The notes below the pieces were generated by a model. The model did not search any database. It had not been told where the DNA came from and saw only the letters and a program-made list of their open reading frames with translations. From Isurus oxyrinchus (lineage: Eukaryota), in the NCBI GenBank assembly GCA_026770705.1, contig JANJGN010000052.1, positions 124,001 to 188,000 on the forward strand: a DNA stretch of 64,000 nucleotides, read 5' to 3'. The position numbers and the translations under genes were made by a program. Within the stretch, counting starts at the first letter, position 1. Each line of letters begins with the position of its first letter. Shown one piece after another: positions 50,283-63,100 of this stretch.

Positions 50283-52463
50283 TTCCATCGGTTGTCTAAC
50301 TGGTGTCCATGATTTTCCAAGGGGTCCTTGGCAGAATCAAATTATCGAGCAATAGTGTGTAAAACACCGGAGAGAACGGGAAAGGTGGGATCAATGGAAA
50401 ACTGTTCACTCTGTTTACACTAATGGGAGTTAGTCTCAGTAATGGAGACCATGAAACTATCATCGATTGTCATACACACCCATCTGGTTCACTAATGGCC
50501 TTTAGGGAAGGAAATCTGCCGTCTATATCTGGTCTGGCCTACATGTGACTCCAGACTCATAGCAACGTGGTTCCTCTGAAATGTCCGAGCAAACCATCCA
50601 GTTCTCACCATGCTAGAAACTTCAATAAGGGAGTAAGATAACTGAAAGAGAGAAGGAAGCCTAAGCTGCTCATGTGGATAGATGTCAAATATCCTGAGTG
50701 ATCATGATTGTCTCTACTCTGCTACAGAGATTATGTCACGGGACATTAGAGATGGGAGCAAATGCTGGCCTTGGCAGCGACGCCCACATCCCATGAATGA
50801 ATACATTTACAAAATCTTATTACTTGGAAGGTGCAAGTGCAGGTTGTTATGATCCTTGAGCAGACCCTCTCAGCACTGACCCTACTCCAGCAGACCCTGT
50901 GAAACACACTAACAAAGTGCCTCTCGCCTGAGCTCTGCATGTGTCGGAGGTGCCGCTGTGGTGGGTTCATGACTTTCAAAGATGGTGTTGTTTATTTGTT
51001 CAAACTGAACTGGGCCCCACACAAAACGCTGATACCAGAAACCTCTTGTTCCCTGTCCTTCTGAAATATCCGTGACTTCAGCAGGATTCTGATGATTTGC
51101 TGATGGAGGAACAGGCACCCAATTTTTTTTGATAATTTACAGTTAGGAACCAATAATATTTTGTTTCAAGTAGACGAGGTTTGAGATTTAAGATGCTTGC
51201 AAAGAGAATAAAGCTACAAGATTCCATGGCTTTTAAACAAACAAAAATAAACTTTACTGCACCAGCTCAGAAAGATAAAATAATTCACAATATCCACCTT
51301 ATACCCTAACATTCTGGATTAATATGAGCTCATGTGAATTAACAGGCAAACTGTGGTCTCACAGCCACATTATTCATTAAATTGTAAACGCGACCAAGAT
51401 AGAGCCCATGGATTTCACAACAACCCACCCGGACATCAGTGAACACTGTCAGTCAACCAATCTCACTGAAACTCTGTTTCTCTCATGAGGGATTCCAGTC
51501 TTCAACTTCGAAGATCTTGCCTTGGAATTCTCTCCAAAAGTTGCTTCAACTCGGATGGCCTCAGTGACGTTCCACCTCACAGGGTTTCCATCTCTTCTCC
51601 TGAGGCTCCATTGCCCTGGATTCCCGACTATATACTCAAGCACCACTAGGTTTAGATGAAAGGTTTTGATTGACTGGGTAGACAAAGAATTTTCACTCTT
51701 GCGGGCAGGAGAATAACTAGAGGCCGAGTGATTGGTGATTCCTTAAACATTGAAGAGGGAATGAACACCAATCAGCTTGAATCAGATTAGCCAATCAGCT
51801 GTGTTGAAGAGCAGACAGGAATGTTTGGCTAATTAGTGATTCATGACGGTGATAATGGGGGGAGTTCTGAGGGCTCCTAATCCATTGTCCTGTCTTGTAA
51901 ATCAGCACTGAATGGATCTCAATTGGTGGGTCTTGTTGACACTGTGTTGGGTGGAAGACTGGCTTCACTAAGGGGAAGCGGTAGCAGAGAGGTATTGTCA
52001 CTGGGCTAGTATTCCAGAGACCAAGGGTGATGCTCTGGGGCCCTGGATGTGAATCCCATCACGGCAGATGAATGGGATTAAAAAGCCTGGTTCACTGATC
52101 ACCTATAGGGAAGGAAATCTGCCACCCTTACCCAGTCTGGCCGACATGTCACTCCAAACCCACAGCAATGTGGTTGAATCTTAAATACCTCTGATAGACA
52201 TGGGATGGGTAATAAATGATATGAATGAGTAATTTGAAAAAACTAAACAGGGTCCTGAGGACCATGAGCCAATGTAGAATCAACTAGTCCACTCCTGTGT
52301 CCAGGATTCTCTTCCATCCATTGTGAAACCTTGGGGATTTCCTTGTGTGTCCTGTAGATGGTCCACACTGCAGCCACTGTGCCCTAGTGATGGAGGGAGT
52401 AGATATCAAGTCTAGTGGATCGAAAAAACATCCAGAGTTAAATATTGATATTTCTCTCCCCAG

Positions 52464-52832
52464 TTGGACTGTCACAAGAATGGAAAGGTGACACTCCACG
52501 AGAGGTGACAGCTCATGAAAGTTCGTGTGTACAGATTCCATGTCATTACAGTTATCCATCACATTTGGAAAACCAACCGCGAGGTGGAGTCTGGTTTAAT
52601 AATGAGAAACAGATTCCCTGGGCTCCCATTGCCTTTCACTCCAAGGATCACAGTCACGAGTTACCACGGTTCCGCCATCGGACCCGGCTGTCTGGAGACC
52701 TGAAAGATGGCGACTGTTCCCTGATTATAAACAACATCAGACGGGAAGATGCAGGACCTTATTTTTTCAGAATAGAATTTGACAATGGTCCGAGCCATAA
52801 CTATTACCCTGTAACCCAGCTTCAAGTTTCTG
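52464..52832 (+). CDS. Gene C first V-set domain (V4)
   Basis: 369 nt, phase 1-1, open. Essential Arg in YFFRIE. Confidence 0.9.
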
Positions 52833-53569
52833 GTAAGTGCTGTGTTATAATTACTCAACAATTCACATCCAACACTCAATGGGAAATAACACAAACTGTG
52901 ACGTTTACATATTAACACAAAACACAGCTTATTTTTACACACTGTCTGATTCTCAATAACCTGGTGATTGCTTCCAGTTCAGTCTTAAAGCAATCTCTAA
53001 TAATCACTTTAATATCAATGATTAAATGTATTGACTGTGTCCATCAATGCTATCAGGCTATCCACTCCCATCAGTCTCTCTAATCCTGTTTAAAAGTCTG
53101 ACAAATCGACAAAGTAAAGACTTGCATTCCTATAGCGTCTTTCATCACCTCAGCACGTACCAAATCATTTCACAGACAATGAAGAAATTCTTGAAGTATA
53201 GTCACTGTCTAACGTGGCAGTGAGTTTGTTCACAGGAAGCTCCCACAGAGAGCAATGGGATCAGTGACCCAGATCTCTGAGAGAATGATGAGCCAGGGTT
53301 CCATGAGCTGTGGACTGCTCCATCACCCACACCCCAGTGTTGGCAATTCAAGGGTCTGGGAGTGAAAGTGTATTGAGCTCAGTGACACATTCCCCACCAA
53401 GTTTGAAAATAGGAAAGTTGCTGCTGATTGTTGTTACCTCTCAGTTCCCATCTCATCCTTGAAAACCTGCTTTCAAAATACAAAAGTAAGTCTCACATTT
53501 CCATAGCGCCTTTCACCACCTCAGGACGATCCTAAATCAATTCACAACCAATGAAGTGATTCTTGAAGT

Positions 53570-54445
53570 ACACATTCTCCCCACTCTCTGGGTAAAGAAG
53601 TTTCTCCTGAATTCCCCATTGGATTTATTAGTGAGGATCTTATATTGTCAGCTTCTAATTTTGTTCATTGTGAGGAGTGGAAACACTCTCTCCATGTCTA
53701 CTCGATCAAAACCTTTCATTACTTCAAAGATCAAATGAGGTCACTCTTCAACCTTCTCTGTTCAAGAGAACAGAGTCCCAGCCTGTTCAGCCTCTCCTGA
53801 TAGGTAAAGCCTCACATTGCTGAGATCATCCTTGTGAAGCTTTTTACCACCCTCTCCAGTGTCTCCATATCCTTTTTACAATATGGGGACCGGAACTGCA
53901 CACGTGACTCCAGGTGCAGTCAGACCAAGGTTCAGGACAAGTTTCACATCTCTTCTCTACTTTTCAATTCAATCCCTGGAGAAATAATCTCGAGTGTTTA
54001 GTTTGTATGTTTAATTCCCTTGTTAACCTGTGTCCCCACGTTTACTGATTCCTGTATTTCTGCCCCAGATCACGTTGTTCCTCTTTCCCAATTAGATTCT
54101 TATTTTCGAGGTAAGATTCAAGCTCCTCATTTTCCTGAACAAAATGTAATGCCTCAAATTTATTAACGTAGAAACTCATTTGTCAATGACCTGCCCATTC
54201 TGCAAGTTTATTAATATCTTCCTGTAATGTAAAAGCAAAATTCTCCAGATGCTGGAAATCTGTAACTAAAACAAAAATTGCAGGAAAAACTCAGCAGGTC
54301 TGACAGTATCTGTGGAGAGGAAGACAGAGTTAATGTTTCGAGTCCGTATGATTCTTCATCAGAATGTATATCATCCTGCAATTTGTTGCAGTCCTCCTCA
54401 GTATTGACCATCCCCCCAATTCAGCAACATCTGTAAATATCGGGT
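53570..54445 (-). mobile_element. CR1 fragment with inserted Penelope pLTR piece (54230-54365)
   Basis: Same 3' junction into V-exon flank as at 34905-34985. Confidence 0.7.
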
Positions 54446-54497
54446 TCAGTGGATCCAAAAACCATCCAGAGATAAATATTGAGATTTCTCTCCCCAG

Positions 54498-54866
54498 TTG
54501 GACTGTCACAAGAGTGGAAAGGTGACACTCCACGAGAGGTGACAGCGCAGGAAGGTTCGTGTGTACAGATTCCATGTCATTACAGTTATCCATCGTGTCT
54601 GGAAAACCAACCGCGAGGTGGAGTCTGGTTTAATAATGAGAAACAGATTCCCTGGGCTCCCATTGCCTTTCACTCCAAGGATCACAGTCACGAATTACCA
54701 CGGTTCCACCATCGGACCCGGCTGTCTGGAGACCTGAAAGATGGCGACTGTTCCCTGATTATAAACAACATCAGACGGGAAGATGAAGGACCTTATTTTT
54801 TCAGGATAGAATTTGACAATGGTCCGAGCCATAACTATTACCCTGTAACCCAGCTTCACGTTTCTG
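54498..54866 (+). CDS. Gene C second V-set domain (V5)
   Basis: 369 nt, phase 1-1, open. YFFRIE retained, extra Cys (TGT 54596-54598). Confidence 0.9.
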
Positions 54867-55237
54867 GTAAGTGCTGTGTTATAATTACTCAACAATTCAC
54901 ATCCAACACTCAATGGGAAATAACACAAACTGTGACGTTTACATATTAACACAAAACTCAGCTTATTATAACACACTGTCTGATTCTCAATAACCTGGTG
55001 ATAGCTTCCAGTTCAGTCCTAAAGCAACTTCTAATACTCACTTTAATATCAATGATTAAATGTATTCCACTCCCATCGATCTTTCTAATCGTGTCTAACA
55101 GTCTATCAGGATCGTTAAAAAATCTCAGTTCTGATATCATCCTCGTAAAAGTGCTTTCTCTTGTGGGACTGTGATTTCTATTTGAACTGATGCTTCACGT
55201 TATATTTCTCTAAAAGGATCCATTCTCTGTCTGTTAG

Positions 55238-55534
55238 ATTTCACAGATAAACCCACGATATTCCCTGCTGAAATTATTGCAGGAAAGCGTGTGGATGTAA
55301 GCTGCACCTTCAACACAACGTGCAATGGAACAGCAGCACCTGTCTTAACCTGGGACACTCCCATTGACGTACCTGGATCAGTCTCAAACACTGTAACTCA
55401 GCATGGTGTCACTCTGACCTATACTTCTGTTCTGACCCTGATCCCATCACTCAAACACCACGGACACACTCTCAGCTGCAGAGTGAGATATCCATCTGTT
55501 TCATCGGAGCGGACCCTCGTACTAACTGTGCAAG
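55238..55534 (+). CDS. Gene C C2-set Ig domain
   Basis: 297 nt, phase 1-1, open. Nearly identical to the gene A and B copies. Confidence 0.9.
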
Positions 55535-56311
55535 GTAAGTACATACACCTTTCATTCTATATTAGCTAGAGAGCTCCACATAGTACACTGCAAGATCCCA
55601 CAAATTCATTGTGTTTAGCTACAAATCAATCGTCTTTAACTGATACAAATTCACCTCTGACACGGCAGCAGTCTCTCAGTACTGAACCTCTGACAGTGCA
55701 ACACTCCCTCAGTACTGATCCTCTGACAGTGCAACACTCCCTCAGTACTGACCCTCTGACAGTGCAACACTCCCTCAGTACTGATCCACTGACAGTGCAG
55801 CACTCCCTCAGTACTGACCCTTCGACAGTGCGGCACTCCCTCAGTACTGACCCTTCGACAGTGCAGCACTCCCTCAGTACTGACCCTCTGACAGTGCAGC
55901 ACTACTCAGTACTGACCCTCTGACAGTGCAGCACTCCCTCAGTACTGAACCTCTGACAGTGCAACATTCCCTCAGTACTGATCCACTGACAGTGCAGCAC
56001 GACCTCAGTACTGACCCTTCGACAGTGCAGCACTCCCTCAGTACTAACCCTCCGACAATGCAGCTCTCCCTCAGTACTAACCCTCCGACAATGCAGCACT
56101 CCCTCAGTACTGATCCACTGACAGTGCAGCACTACCTCAGTACTGACCCTCCGACAATGCAGCACTCCCTCAGTACTGAACTGAGGTGTCTGCCTGGATT
56201 ATGGGCTTTGTGGTGATGGAACCACCATTGATATCACACCTTTCACATTCTCAGTGTCTCTCAAAGTGCTTCACAGTCAGTGTAAGTTAATTGATGTTTA
56301 TTTGTTTTTAG

Positions 56312-56593
56312 ATGCACCACAGAATCTCTCATTTACTTCTCTTGATATGATTAACGCTTCATCGATCAATATAATTGAGGGGAATTCTGCAGTGATAATC
56401 TGCTCTGTCGAGAGCTTCCCAGCTTCTAACCTGACGTGGCGACATCTTAATGTCCCAATGAACAGAACAAGTTCCAACAATGAGCTGTGGTTGGTGATTC
56501 CTCACGTTACATCCAGGGACACTGGAGACTATCAGTGTGTGGCAGAGAATGAACATGGAGCAGTGGAGGGGTTCATAACCATCACTGTGGAAT
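56312..56593 (+). CDS. Gene C repeated Ig (C2/I-set) exon, copy 1
   Basis: 282 nt, AG/GT, phase 1-1. CSVESFPASNLTW...DTGDYQC. Confidence 0.88.
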
Positions 56594-57338
56594 GTGAGTT
56601 ACACAGNNNNNNNNNNNNNNNNNNNNNNNNNNNNNNNNNNNNNNNNNNNNNNNNNNNNNNNNNNNNNNNNNNNNNNNNNNNNNNNNNNNNNNNNNNNNNN
56701 NNNNNNNNNNNNNNNNNNNNNNNNNNNNNNNNNNNNNNNNNNNNNNNNNNNNNNNNNNNNNNNNNNNNNNNCTCACACACACACGCATAGACAGACACAC
56801 GTGCGCACACACACAAACACACATGCGTGTGTGCACACACACAGATCCTTATTGTGCAGAAACATACACACACACAAGCCAACACACACATTCACACACA
56901 AAAACGTGTGGGTACCCTCTCCTCTCTCAGTGCTGCACTGGAGCCTCAGTATCAGCTCCTATTCTTTGTTGATGAAAGGTAAACTCCAGATCATCAAGAC
57001 CCTGAACTGGATGGAGCAACCTCCTGAACAGTGAATTGTAGATTTACCCCTCAGTGCTCCATTGATCAAATACAATTCATTGCCTTTGAAGCCCTTGGGG
57101 ACATCCTGAGGAACTGAAAGGGAGTTTCCTGCATTCTAGATGGACACCTCCACTGGTGGGAGAATGTAACTGCAGTGTGACAGTTTACATAGGCAGTGCC
57201 CATTGTAAATGTTAAATAAGTTCTTATCCTGAGGGAAAGTACCTGGAAATGCATTCCAACATCAGATACAGAGACATGATGCATGGAGTCTTGCTGTGCA
57301 CTCTGCTTGCTCACATTAAAATCTTTATTTGTTTTTAG

Positions 57339-57620
57339 ATGGACCACAGAATGTCTCATTTACTTCTCTTGATATGATTAATGCTTCATCGATCAATATA
57401 ATTGAGGGGAATTCTGCAGTGATAATCTGCTCTGTCGAGAGCTTCCCAGCTTCTAACCTGACGTGGCGACATCTTAATGTCCCAATGAACAGAACAAGTT
57501 CCAGCAATGAGCTGTGGTTGGTGATTCCTCACGTTACATCCAGGGACACTGGAGACTATCAGTGTGTGGCAGAGAATGAACATGGAGCAGTGGAGGGGTT
57601 CATAACCATCACCGTGGAAC
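57339..57620 (+). CDS. Gene C repeated Ig exon, copy 2
   Basis: 282 nt, AG/GT, open. Confidence 0.82.
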
Positions 57621-58423
57621 GTGAGTTACTNNNNNNNNNNNNNNNNNNNNNNNNNNNNNNNNNNNNNNNNNNNNNNNNNNNNNNNNNNNNNNNNNNNNNN
57701 NNNNNNNNNNNNNNNNNNNNNNNNNNNNNNNNNNNNNNNNNNNNNNNNNNNNNNNNNNNNCATGCAGAAATACANNNNNNNNNNNNNNNNNNNNNNNNNN
57801 NNNNNNNNNNNNNNNNNNNNNNNNNNNNNNNNNNNNNNNNNNNNNNNNNNNNNNNNNNNNNNNNNNNNNNNNNNNNNNNNNNNNNNNNNNNNNNNNNNNN
57901 NNNNNNNNNNNNNNNNNNNNNNNCACACTGATCCTTATTTTACAGAAACATACACACACACAAGCCAACACACACATACACACACAAAAACGTGTGGGTA
58001 CCCTCTCCTCTCTCAGTGCTGCACTGGAGTCTCAGTATCAGCTCCGAATCTGTGTTGAAGGAAGGTAAACTCCAGATTATCAAGACCCTGAACTGGATGA
58101 GCAACCTCCTGAACAGAGAATTGTAGATTTACCTCTCAGTGCTCCATTGGTCAAATAGAATTCATTGCCTTTGACGCCCTTGGGGACATCCTGAGGATCT
58201 GAAAGGGAGTTTCCTGCATTCTAGATGGACACCTCCACTGGTGGGAGAATGTAACTGCAGTGTGACAGTTTACATAGGCAGTGCCCATTGTAAATGTGAA
58301 ATAAGTTCTTATCCTGAGGGAAGGTACCTGGAAATGCATTCAGACATCAGATACAGAGACATGATGCATGGAGTCTTGCTGTGCACTGTGCTTGCTCACA
58401 TTAAAATCTTTATATGTTTTTAG

Positions 58424-58705
58424 ATGCACCACAGAATCTCTCAATTACTTCTCTTGATATGATTAATGCTTCATCGATCAATATAATTGATGGGAATTCT
58501 GCAGTGATAATCTGCTCTGCCGAGAGCTTCCCACCTTCTAACCTGACGTGGCGACATCTTAATGTCCCAATGAACAGAACCAGTTCCAACAATGAGCTGT
58601 GGTTGGTGATTCCTCATGTTACATCCAGGGACACTGGAGACTATCAGTGTGTGGCAGAGAATGAACATGGAGCAGTGGAGGGGTTCATAACCATCACTGT
58701 GGAAC
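58424..58705 (+). CDS. Gene C repeated Ig exon, copy 3
   Basis: 282 nt, AG/GT, open. Confidence 0.82.
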
Positions 58706-59415
58706 GTGAGTNNNNNNNNNNNNNNNNNNNNNNNNNNNNNNNNNNNNNNNNNNNNNNNNNNNNNNNNNNNNNNNNNNNNNNNNNNNNNNNNNNNNNNNNN
58801 NNNNNNNNNNNNNNNNNNNNNNNNNNNNNNNNNNNNNNNNNNNNNNNNNNNNNNNNNNNNNNNNNNNNNNNNNNNNNNNNNNNNNNNNNNNNNNNNNNNN
58901 NNNNNNNNNNNNNNNNNNNNNNNNNNNNNNNNNNNNNNNNNNNNNNNNNNNNNNNNNNNNNNNNNNNNNNNNNNNNNNNNNNNNNNNNNNNNNNNCTCCT
59001 CTCTCAGTGCTGCACTGGAGCCTCGGTATCAGCTCCTATTCTTTGTTGATGAAAGGTAAACTCCAGATCAACAAGACACTGAACTGCATGGAGCAACCTC
59101 CTGAACAAAGAATTGTAGATTTACCCCTCAGTGCTCCATTGGTCAAATACAATTCATTGCCTTTGAAGCCCTTGCGGACATCCTGAGGATCTGAAAGGGA
59201 GTTTCCTGCATTCTAGATAGACACCTCCACTGGTGGGAGAATGTAACTGCAGTGTGACAGTTTACATAGGCAGTGCCCATTGTAAATGTGAAATCAGTTC
59301 TTATCCTGAGGGAATGTACCTGGAAATGCATTCAGACATCAGATACAGAGACATGATGCATGGAGTCTTGCTGTGCACTGTGCTTGCTCACTTTAAAATC
59401 TTTATTTGTTTTTGG

Positions 59416-59697
59416 ATGGACCACAGAATCTCTCAATTACTTCTCTTGATATGATTAACGCTTCATCGATCAATATAATTGAGGGGAATTCTGCAGTGAT
59501 AATCTGCTCTGTCGAGAGCTTCCCAGCTTCTAACCTGACGTGGCGACATCTTAATGTCCCAATGAACAGAACAAGTTCCAACAATGAGCTGTGGTTGGTG
59601 ATTCCTCACCTTACATCCAGGGACATTGGAGACTATCAGTGTGTGGCAGAGAATGAACATGGAGCAGTGGAGGGGTTCATAACCATCACTGTGGAAC
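59416..59697 (+). pseudogene. Gene C repeated Ig exon, copy 4, acceptor mutated (TAG to TGG)
   Basis: Open frame, but tttttgg at 59409-59415 replaces ttttag. Confidence 0.75.
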
Positions 59698-59720
59698 GTG
59701 AGTTACTGCAAACTTCAACA

Positions 59721-59756
<36 letters not shown>

Positions 59757-60189
59757 ACACAGACACACACACAGACACATACACACACACACAGACACGT
59801 GCACACAAACAAGCATTCATGTGCAATCCCACATGTGCACAGGTGTGCACGCCTGCATGCTCACACACACAGAAGCATACATACAGAATCACACGTGTGC
59901 TTGCTCACACACACACAGACATGTGTGAGTTGGCTGTTCTCCCTGTGCTGCACTGGAGTGTTGCTCCAGATTCTGCTCTGAAACACTGACGACATCAGCT
60001 GAACAAGACCCTGTATTGGACGAGCAGCCCCCTGCACAGAGAATTGTAGATTTATCACTCAATACCCCATTATTCTAAAGCAATTCCTCCACTGTCAAAT
60101 CCCTGTGAACATCCTGATGATGTGAAAGACATTTTCTTTTCTTCTAGCACAACAGTGTCTCCTCTGGTGGAAGGCAGTAATTACAGCGT

Positions 60190-63100
60190 AAAACAAAAAC
60201 AGAATTACCTGGAAAAACTCAGCAGGTCTGGCAGCATCGGCGGAGAAGAAAAGAGTTGACGTTTCGAGTCCTCATGACCCTTCGACAGAACTTGAGTTCG
60301 AGTCCAAGAAAGAGTTGAAATATAAGCTGGTTTAAGGTGTGGGTGGTGGGGGGGTGATGGAGAGAGAGAGAGAGAGAGAAGTGGAGGGGGTTGGTGTGGT
60401 TGTCGGGACAAATAAGCAGTGATAGAAGCAGATCATCAAAAGATGTCAACAACAGTAGAACAAAAGAACACATATAGAACAAAAATAGAACAAAAGAACA
60501 CAGAGGTGTTGAAGTTGGTGATATTATCTAAACGAATGTTCTAATTAAGAATGGATGTTAGGGCACTCAAGGTATAGCTCTAGTGGGGGTGGGGAGAGCA
60601 TAAAAGATTTTAAGATATTTAAAGAAAATGGAAACAGGTGGGAAAAGAAAAATCTATATAATTTATTGGAAAAAAAAGGAGGTGGGTAACAGAAAGGGGG
60701 TGGGGATGGGGGAGGGAGCTCACGACCTAAAGTTATTGAATTCAATATTCAGACCGGAAGGCTGTAAAGTGCCTAGTCGGAAGATGAGGTGCTGTTCCTC
60801 CAGTTTGCGTTGGGCTTCACTGGAACAATGCAGCAAGCCAAGGATGGACATGTGGGCATGAGAGCAGGGTGGAGTGTTAAAATGGCAAGCGACAGGGAGG
60901 TTTGGGTCATTCTTGCGGACAGACCACAGGTGTTCTGCAAAGCGGTCGCCCAGTTTACGTTTGGTCTCTCCAATGTAGAGGAGACCACATTGGGAGCAAC
61001 GAATACAGTAGACTAAGTTGGGGGAAATGCAAGTGAAATGCTGCTTCACTTGAAAGGTGTGTTTGGGCCCTTGGACGGTGAGGAGAGATGAAGTGAAGGG
61101 GCAGGTGTTACCTCTTTTGCATGGGCATGGGGTGGTGCCATAGGAGGGGGTTGAGGAGATGAGGGTTCCTTCGCCTCTGTTGCATCTGTTCTGATGATGC
61201 CACCTTCAAAAACAGTTCCTCTGACATGTCCTCCTTCTTCCTTAACCGAGGTTTTCCACCCACGGTCGTTGACAGGGCCCTCAACCATGTCCGGCCCATC
61301 TCCCACGCATAACACCTCATCTTCCGACTAGGCACCTTACAGCCTTCCGGTCTGAATATTGAGTTCAACAACTTTAGGTCGTGATCTCCCTCCCCCATCC
61401 CCACCCCCTTTCTGTTTCCCCCTTCCTTTTTTTTCCAATAAATTATATAGATTTTTCTTTTCCCACCTATTTCCATTATCTTTAAATATCTTAAAATCTT
61501 TTATGCTCTCCCCACCCCCACTAGAGCTATACCTTGAGTGTTCCTCTGTTCCTCTGACATGTCCTCCTTCTTCCTTAACCGAGGTTTTCCACCCACGGTC
61601 GTTGACAGGGCCCTCAACCGTGTCCGGCCCATCTCCCGCGCATCCGCCCTCACGCCTTCTCCTCCCTCCCAGAAACATGATAGGGTCCCCCTTGTCCTCA
61701 CTTATCACCCCACCAGCCTCCGCATTCAAAGGATCATCCTCCGCCATTTCCGCCAACTCCAGCATGATGCCACCACCAAACACATCTTCCCTTCACACCC
61801 CTTATCGGCATTCCGTAGGGATCGCTCCCTCCGGGACACCCTGGTCCACTCCTCTATCACCCCCTACTCCTCAACCCCCTCCTATGGCACCACCCCATGC
61901 CCACGCAAAAGATGTAACACCTGCCCCTTCACTTCCTCTCTCCTCACCGTCCAAGGGCCCAAACATTCCTTTCAAGTGAAGCAGCATTTCACTTGCATTT
62001 CCCCCAACTTAGTCTACTGCATTCGTTGCTCCCAATGTGGTCTCCTCTACATTGGAGAGACCAAACGTAAACTGGGCGACCGCTTTGCAGAACACCTGCG
62101 GTCTGTCCGCAAGAATGACCCAGACCTCCCTGTCGCTTGCCATTTTAACACTCCACCCTGCTCTCTTGCCCACATGTCTGTCCTTGGCTTGCTGCATTGT
62201 TCCAGTGAAGCCCAACGCAAACTGGAGGAACAACACCTCATCTTCCGACTAGGCACCTTACAGCCTTCCGGTCTGAATATTGAATTCAACAACTTTAGGT
62301 CGTGAGCTCCCTCCCCCATCCCCACCCCCTTTCTGTTTCCCCCTTTTTTCCCCCTTTTTTTTTCCCTATAAATTTTATAGATTTTTCTTTTCCCACCTAT
62401 TTCCATTATTTTTAAATATTTTAAAATCTTTTATGCTCCCCCCACCCCCACTAGAGCTGTACCTTGAGTGCCCTACCATCCATTCTTAATTAGCACATTC
62501 GTTTAGATAATATCACCAACTTTAACTTTAACACCTATGTGTTCTTTTGCACCATTGTCACTGACATCTTTTGATGATCTGCTTCTATCACTGCTTGTTT
62601 GTCTACACAAGCACCTCTGTCTCTCTCTCTCTCTCCTTCCCCCCCCCACACACACACCTTAAACCAGCTTATATTTCAACTCCTTCCTGGACTCGAAATC
62701 AAGTTCTGTCGAAGGGTCATGAGGACTCGAAACGTCAACTCTTTTCTTCTCCGCCGATGCTGCCAGACCTGCTGAGTTTTTCCAGGTAATTCTGTTTTTG
62801 TTTTGGATTTCCAGCATCCGCAGTTTTCTTTGTTTTCAACTCTGTGTTTAATTGACTGCCACTGCTCTTCAAGAAATGCCTATCTCCTTGAAGAAGTTCT
62901 GTTCCTCTCTGCGACAAGATTTCCGTATCTCTCTGTTGCCTTGTTCACCTTCTTTGCTTTCCATTTCCCTCCTAGTGTTTGACAAGGTGTTTACTAAAAC
63001 CCGCTTTCACAGCCATATCTCCTTTCTCAGTGACTGCCTCCGTCTCCGACTTACCCCACGTGGATTTCAACTGAAATTCCACCCCTCATCTTTCGAACCC

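Noticed and set aside
56607-58995. Long X-containing ORFs
   Set aside because: Read-through of assembly gaps (56607-56771, 57631-57923, 58712-58995; also 43185-43338).
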